From Inquilinaceae bacterium (GTDB taxonomy: Bacteria > Pseudomonadota > Alphaproteobacteria > DSM-16000 > Inquilinaceae): DNA of 24,000 nt. The stretch lies in contig OZ252255.1 in the NCBI GenBank assembly GCA_965249875.1, positions 3,352,993-3,376,992 of the forward strand, in the 5' to 3' direction. Below are positions 8,466-13,127 of the stretch, one piece after another. Under the pieces are notes generated by a model, which searched no databases, was not told the origin of the DNA, and was given only the letters and a program-made list of their open reading frames with translations. Both the position numbers and the translations under genes were made by a program. How positions within the stretch are numbered: the first letter of the stretch is position 1; the number at the start of each line of letters is the position of its first letter.

Positions 8466-9784
8466 GGCGCCTCTCCCCAGAGCTTGGATGACCAGAGGGT
8501 TGGGTCACGCACGACCTCGCCTTTCACCGCGGACTCGACACAATCCCTCAGACTGCCAAAGGCGACATCGACCAGCAGCATGCCAGGTGCGTAGTAGGCC
8601 CATTTCGCCGAGTTGGTCATAACCCGGCCCCGGCAACCCTGAACGGCCGGGCCGAAATAGGTGCAGGTATCGACCAGGACCTTCGCACCAGCTCTTTCCA
8701 ATTCCCGATCCCATCCTTTGTCGGCGATGCTCTCGGCAACATGGCGACTGGTCGAAACGTAGAGGACGGTATCGGGATGGACCTTGCGACCATCGAGCTG
8801 GGTTACCAGACGTTCAAATTCCGCGAGGGAGAAATGCGGCGTACCCAACGCCACCATGTTGAGCGTGCCCTCGGCGACCGTCGAGAGAGAATCACGAGCT
8901 TGGGCGAGTTGGTCCGGCGCAATTCGGATGACCTGCTCGGGCGGGAGCCCTTGCAGCGCGACCTCAAGAGTCGGTGCTTCGGGCGTCACACCGACAATGT
9001 GAAACAGGCAGACACCGCCGGACGCTGCAGCGGCAGCCGACAATGCCTTTAGGCTGTCGGCAGGTGTGTCGGCCGGCAGGCCGGTGACGACCGGCACCCG
9101 ATTGCCGGCCAGACGGCCCATCTCGTGGCCGAGGACATGGCACAATAGCTCAGTCTCGCGCAGCGGTTCCGGGATGTCTGAAAGGTCAAACTGGATTTCA
9201 GCCCGGCGCCCGGCATCGGTATGGAAGCCGGCCAGGGGAACGCGGCGGGTCAGCCCGCAGGCAACATCGAGAAAGTCGCCATATTTGTTCGTACGGGCCC
9301 CAACCGCTGAATTGAAATAAGCCACCGCATTTGATTCACCGACGATGATGTCTTGGCCAAACCGAGGTCCATCTGGAAGCTGGTAGGGTGCGCAGGTCCA
9401 AACCGGATCGGCACCCAGTGCCAGATACAGCTCCGCCAGCTCTCGCGCTTCGGCCAACTTGTCCGCGTGGCTTTTGGGCCGAACCTCCTCCTGAATGAGG
9501 CTAACCGGAATGGTGTTGGTCCAGGCCGGGATTTCGAAGCGCGCGCCATGATCAAGCATGAACCGCGCGAAATCGAGGTGCGCCCGACCGTAATAGTGAC
9601 AGGCATCAATGTGGACGTAACAGGTTTCCAACAGCCGGGGGGCACCCATGATTGCCGCGGCCCGCACGACAAGCTGCATGGCAAACCGCAATGCCTCGCC
9701 GCCATCGCCATCGAGAAGCGCTTGTTCTTCGGCCGAAAGGGAAAGCGTGGGAATTTGGCCACTCGGAACCCGATCGGACGTCAC
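8462..9784 (-). CDS. Aconitase X catalytic subunit (DUF521, AcnX large subunit)
   Basis: 440 aa with a GTG start. DUF521-like features are HIDACHYYG, several conserved Cys (VDTCTYFGPAV) and the expected length. It is paired with the DUF126 gene as in two-subunit bacterial AcnX. Confidence 0.8.
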   Translation of the reverse strand: MTSDRVPSGQIPTLSLSAEEQALLDGDGGEALRFAMQLVVRAAAIMGAPRLLETCYVHIDACHYYGRAHLDFARFMLDHGARFEIPAWTNTIPVSLIQEEVRPKSHADKLAEARELAELYLALGADPVWTCAPYQLPDGPRFGQDIIVGESNAVAYFNSAVGARTNKYGDFLDVACGLTRRVPLAGFHTDAGRRAEIQFDLSDIPEPLRETELLCHVLGHEMGRLAGNRVPVVTGLPADTPADSLKALSAAAAASGGVCLFHIVGVTPEAPTLEVALQGLPPEQVIRIAPDQLAQARDSLSTVAEGTLNMVALGTPHFSLAEFERLVTQLDGRKVHPDTVLYVSTSRHVAESIADKGWDRELERAGAKVLVDTCTYFGPAVQGCRGRVMTNSAKWAYYAPGMLLVDVAFGSLRDCVESAVKGEVVRDPTLWSSKLWGEAP

Positions 9785-9946
9785 AACGCGACACCACTCC
9801 GCCTAAGCGGCCTGGTGTTCGCAAGGCGTTCGGTTCGGCGTTTTGCCATCCCCATGGGCGTAATCAAAGGTTCCATTGACACAAATTCCCGTATCAGTGA
9901 TGACTATCACTTTGGCGCCGCATGACAATCTGGCTTATTTGCGCCC

Positions 9947-10438
9947 ATGCACCTTACTAAAGACGCGACCCTCCCATCGATGATGTCGGGCCCACGCCAC
10001 TGGGTTCCGAGTGAGGCGGTCGCGTATTGGGACCACATTCGTGGCGACCGGGACGTGCCAACGCGCGCGGACATAGACCCGGCCGACATTCCTAAGCTGC
10101 TTCCGCACCTCGTCTTGCTGGATGTGTTCCATGAACCACGCGACTTTCGCTACCGGCTGGTGGGTACCACGGTCGAGGAGTTCATGAACAAATATTACAC
10201 CGGCGTGCGTATGAGCGAGTTGCCGCACCAGCGACCGCCCAGCCAGATCTGGAAGAGTTGCTGCACGGTCGTGGGCAGCCGCAGGCCTTTGTTCAGCGCC
10301 GTGCCTTACGTCGGTCCCAAGAAAGAGTTCGTTCGGGCAGAGGATGTCATCCTGCCACTGGCCCCGCCCAACGAAGCGGTCAATATGCTGCTGGTTGCCG
10401 TGGGTTATATCCGAAAGCACGACAACAAGCCGGTTTAA
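9947..10438 (+). CDS. PAS_5 (DUF1457) domain protein, small alphaproteobacterial-type PAS sensor
   Basis: 163 aa. AYWDHIRGDRDVPTRADIDPADIPKLLPHLVLLDV....DFRYRLVGT is the pattern I recall for Pfam PAS_5. Confidence 0.7.
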   Translation: MHLTKDATLPSMMSGPRHWVPSEAVAYWDHIRGDRDVPTRADIDPADIPKLLPHLVLLDVFHEPRDFRYRLVGTTVEEFMNKYYTGVRMSELPHQRPPSQIWKSCCTVVGSRRPLFSAVPYVGPKKEFVRAEDVILPLAPPNEAVNMLLVAVGYIRKHDNKPV

Positions 10439-10598
10439 ACGCGCTCGATGATCGCCACCCTCTCCCTCGGCTGCCGAAAATTCTTGACCAATCGGTAATT
10501 AATCACCAAATGGCGATCGAGTGCGCTGCACACCTCCGGCTTTCGCGAGGTGTCGGCTGCGTTTTGTACACAAGAGAAAAACGTGTCAGGAGACCAAC

Positions 10599-10946
10599 AT
10601 GAACACGCCCATCGGCGGTAAACCAATCCACATTTCCGATGACGCATTCGACGCCGTCGTCGGCCAATCCGGCACAGTCCTTGTCGACTTTTGGGCGCCC
10701 TGGTGCGGTCCCTGCCAAGCCATCGCCCCGGTTCTTGATGCCTTGGCCGCCGAGTATGAAGACCGGGCGACGATTGCCAAAATCGATGTCGACCAACACC
10801 AACAGAAAGCCGCTCAGTTCGGTGTCCGATCCATCCCAACCCTGATCCTGTTCAAGGACGGCCAACCGGTTCAGACGCTGGTGGGTCTGCAAGACCGCGC
10901 GGCACTGGCCAATGCCATAGAGGCCGCACTGCCTCTCCCGGCCTAG
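10599..10946 (+). CDS. trxA: Thioredoxin
   Basis: Active site WAPWCGPC and the cis-Pro region RSIPTLILFKDG. The ATG at 10599 is preceded by the SD AGGAG (caggagaccaacATG). The longer ORF-track start at 10521 adds a non-thioredoxin leader. Confidence 0.92.
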   Translation: MNTPIGGKPIHISDDAFDAVVGQSGTVLVDFWAPWCGPCQAIAPVLDALAAEYEDRATIAKIDVDQHQQKAAQFGVRSIPTLILFKDGQPVQTLVGLQDRAALANAIEAALPLPA

Positions 10947-11731
10947 TTTACCGGTGACGTCGATGAAAGCGTTGGCACGACGTCCATTCCCCAGCTTTCC
11001 GGGCGGAAAATCAGTGCTAGAACGCGATGATAAGATGGGTCGGTCCGGCCGCCGCTTTTCACGGACCGGCCCGCACCCCCGTCGACAACCTCCGCTTCGC
11101 CCGGCCGAACCATGCAGTAGATCAGGGGGGACCAACTTGTCGTGTTGACGACCAAATCGTAGGCGCGGACAGGTTCACAAGGATCGATCACGGCAATGCT
11201 TCCCGGGGGAATCCAAGGTTTGGAAAGGCCAGCCTCAAATCGAATGGCATACGCGTTCGAGGACACCACCATCTCGGGCGGGACAGTAATGCCCTGTGAC
11301 CCCGCATAGGCTGTCCCCTCCCGGCTGACACATTCCGCATTATACAGCGGGATCGCCCGGCTAGCCTTAGCGAAGGACGCCGGTTCCGCGACCGGGCGGC
11401 GCGGTTCGCTGGGTTGAATGGGCTCGGGCAGAGTTTCGGTTTGCGCCTCAAGCAACTGAGCGATTGCTGTTACGGTGACATCGTAGGCCCGGGCCAAACG
11501 GCGGATGTGCGACAAGCTGACATTACGCTCGTCGCGCTCCAGGCGGGAAATTTCCGTCCTGGAGATACCCGATTTTTCGGCTGCCTCCACCAGGCTCAGC
11601 TGTCGGCAGCGACGGAGCCAGGCGAGCCGCTCTCCCACGGACCGGACAATGCCATCCCGAAGGGAGTCGCTTTGCCCGAGGGCTCGGTCGAGACCCTGAT
11701 TGGGGTTGTAACGGTTTTCGCTGACTGACAT
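10943..11731 (-). CDS. XRE-family HTH regulator with C-terminal S24 (LexA/CI)-like domain
   Basis: The HTH is LSLVEAAEKSGISRTEISRLERDERNVSLSHIRRLARAYDV. The C-terminal half resembles the S24 fold: GLSKPWIPPGSIAVID versus GDSMxPxxxxGDxxxVD, with a later SVKS as a possible Lys. The ATG at 11731 is preceded by the SD AGGTG at 7-nt spacing; a TTG at 11737 is also possible. Confidence 0.75.
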   Translation of the reverse strand: MSVSENRYNPNQGLDRALGQSDSLRDGIVRSVGERLAWLRRCRQLSLVEAAEKSGISRTEISRLERDERNVSLSHIRRLARAYDVTVTAIAQLLEAQTETLPEPIQPSEPRRPVAEPASFAKASRAIPLYNAECVSREGTAYAGSQGITVPPEMVVSSNAYAIRFEAGLSKPWIPPGSIAVIDPCEPVRAYDLVVNTTSWSPLIYCMVRPGEAEVVDGGAGRSVKSGGRTDPSYHRVLALIFRPESWGMDVVPTLSSTSPVN

Positions 11732-11749
11732 TCGCAAACACCTAACTTG

Positions 11750-12007
11750 CTAAGACAGATAAGTGATCTCAACAGGCAAACCAGCCGAGTCACGTCGCTG
11801 GCCGCCGGCTGCGTCGGTGCGATCATTTTGATAACGTTGGTCAATTATATCGCGAAGTTCGTCCAAGGCGGAAACCGGAAGTTTTCCGGCATCGACGGCT
11901 TCTGCACAGCGGCGAAGCAGATCAAGGCTGTCTTCCCAGTCCCCACCGGTCTTCAGGTCATCCCTGGTCAGGCAATGTCCCCGAGGAAGCGATAGCTTTT
12001 GCGCCAT
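11750..12007 (-). CDS. Hypothetical small acidic protein (85 aa from the ATG at 12007); coding status uncertain
   Basis: It is on the same strand as luxR and the XRE gene and ends 18 bp before the XRE start. The translation looks like a soluble helical protein (DWEDSLDLLRRCAEAVDAGKLPVSALDELRDIIDQRYQ). Against this, only about half of third positions are G/C by hand count, and there is no clear SD. Confidence 0.35.
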   Translation of the reverse strand: MAQKLSLPRGHCLTRDDLKTGGDWEDSLDLLRRCAEAVDAGKLPVSALDELRDIIDQRYQNDRTDAAGGQRRDSAGLPVEITYLS

Positions 12008-12182
12008 TTTTGAATTGAACCCATTTGTGACTACACCGTCACAAGTGGACTCCATCTCGCTATGCGCGAAAATGGCTGAAACTGCCAAGTTTGGGGAAAT
12101 ATCCCGTGCGAAGCACCGAATTATCCCTTTGCATTGGCGCAAAGAGGTAATTTGCCGTCAAACACGTACCGGATGATGCCGG

Positions 12183-12935
12183 TCAGTCGATATCGATCAG
12201 ACCCAATGTGACGGCCTTTACGGCCGCATGCGCGCGCGTCTGCGCATTGAGCTTCAACTGAGCCGCTGCGACATGGCGCGCCACCGTGTGTTCGGAGATC
12301 GTCAAAATGTCACCGATCATAGGCGCGGACTTTCCTGCCGCGATCCAGCGTAGGCATTCCTGCTCTCGCGGGGTGAGATTGATTTGACTGTCGGTCTCCT
12401 CCTCGACATTCGGCTGGAACAATTCGAACGCCCTTTCGTGCGCGTGATACCCCAGCCAGAGTAAGAGCGGCTCATACAGCTCAATCAGTTCCTTTCGGTC
12501 GCGGGCCGAACCGTCCGGCACCGCGGAAAACAAGGCAAAGGAGGTCGGCCCCCTTACCGGGACCGAGATGCCGGAGCCGATCTTGAATTCGCTTGCCTCG
12601 TTGAAAACAAGCGAAGAGGTCGGTCCGGCAGCAGAAAAATCGATCCTGTCCCAGACTACCGGTGCCGTGGCCTTACGCGCCAGCGCATGTACCGGGTCGT
12701 GGTGGATGTAGTTGCTTTGTTCATAATGGTTGATCCACTCAGCCGGGTAGTCGGTGAAGAACGTGTGAAGAAAATCACCCACGCCAGTCATTCGGACAAG
12801 ATGGTAGGCCGAGCTGTGGAAGCCAATTTCCGCAAGAAAATCAGTAACAACCGATTCCAACTCCTCGACACTTGAGGCGTTGTCGACGGCGTTTCTTATT
12901 CGCCCCGGGACAAACGGCAACAGCGGTTGGGTCAT
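12183..12935 (-). CDS. LuxR-family quorum-sensing receptor (autoinducer-binding domain + C-terminal HTH)
   Basis: The N-terminal domain has the canonical acyl-HSL pocket pattern W-x3-Y-x8-DP-x13-W (W67, Y71, D80, P81, W95) and GSGISVPV. The C-terminal GerE/LuxR HTH is LTPREQECLRWIAAGKSAPMIGDILTISEHTVARHV. The SD GGAGG sits 7 nt before the ATG. Confidence 0.92.
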   Translation of the reverse strand: MTQPLLPFVPGRIRNAVDNASSVEELESVVTDFLAEIGFHSSAYHLVRMTGVGDFLHTFFTDYPAEWINHYEQSNYIHHDPVHALARKATAPVVWDRIDFSAAGPTSSLVFNEASEFKIGSGISVPVRGPTSFALFSAVPDGSARDRKELIELYEPLLLWLGYHAHERAFELFQPNVEEETDSQINLTPREQECLRWIAAGKSAPMIGDILTISEHTVARHVAAAQLKLNAQTRAHAAVKAVTLGLIDID

Positions 12936-13030
12936 TGCTCAGCCTCCGTTCCTGTAGGAGCGCGAACCTCAAAAATTCGACGAGCTAATTGGTACACGAA
13001 CATACTGAATCTCGCAAAAAGGGCAGCGGG

Positions 13031-13046
13031 ACGGGAAAATTCCCGT
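13031..13046. promoter_or_regulatory. Candidate lux-box-like operator, dyad ACGGGAA-AA-TTCCCGT (copy 1)
   Basis: Perfect 7-bp inverted arms separated by 2 bp, located in the luxR / P450-luxI divergent intergenic region. It is part of a 17-bp direct repeat with copy 2, 30 bp away. Confidence 0.45.
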
Positions 13047-13060
13047 TTTATGGTTAAAAC

Positions 13061-13076
13061 CAGGGATAATTCCCGT
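13061..13076. promoter_or_regulatory. Candidate lux-box-like operator, degenerate dyad CAGGGAT-AA-TTCCCGT (copy 2)
   Basis: The right arm is identical to copy 1. The left arm matches at 5 of 7 positions. The right edge is 52 bp upstream of the P450-luxI ATG. Confidence 0.4.
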
Positions 13077-13127
13077 TTGAAGTCTTTGTTCCCCTGTGGC
13101 GACGAGTCCTGCAGGGAGAATTCAGCA

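Noticed and set aside
10530-10567. A hairpin ACACCTC-N10-GAGGTGT is followed after 8 nt by TTTT. It lies between the PAS_5 gene and trxA. A longer-range imperfect inverted repeat also occurs here (10443-10459 versus 10511-10526).
   Set aside because: The stem is only 7 bp, the T-run is separated from the stem, and the long-range repeat is interrupted by mismatches. The evidence is insufficient to call a terminator or riboswitch-like leader.
11747-11995. A plus-strand 82-aa ORF is co-registered antisense to the small minus-strand ORF downstream of luxR.
   Set aside because: It is not fully rejected, because it has the higher third-position G/C by hand count. However, it needs a TTG start with no SD and has no internal ATG until the last residues. 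It would be the only plus-strand gene wedged between co-oriented minus-strand genes. Its translation is less protein-like. The minus-strand ORF is listed as a low-confidence feature instead.
12951-12959. CCTGTAGGA is identical to 9 nt of the left half of the Vibrio fischeri lux box (ACCTGTAGGATCGTACAGGT). It lies just upstream of the luxR SD.
   Set aside because: The expected symmetric right half (TACAGG) is absent; the following bases are GCGCGAACCT. It is therefore a half-site at best and may be a chance 9-mer. The repeated dyads at 13031-13076 are better operator candidates.
13107-13117. A TCCTGCAGGGA near-palindrome (CCTGCAGG core) lies immediately upstream of the P450-luxI SD.
   Set aside because: An 8-bp GC-rich palindrome is expected by chance in 24 kb. 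It overlaps the SD region rather than a promoter-proximal position. There is no second copy.
12927-13127. The 67-codon N-terminal extension of the P450-LuxI ORF as given in the ORF track (start at 12927). An intermediate in-frame ATG also occurs at 13050.
   Set aside because: The 12927 start would overlap the divergent luxR start codon and read through the whole promoter/operator region. The extension (MGHCSASVPVGARTSKIRRANWY...) has no P450 counterpart. The ATG at 13128 has a good SD (AGGGAGA, 8-nt spacing) and gives a normal P450 N-terminus. The ATG at 13050 lacks an SD and lies between the repeats.
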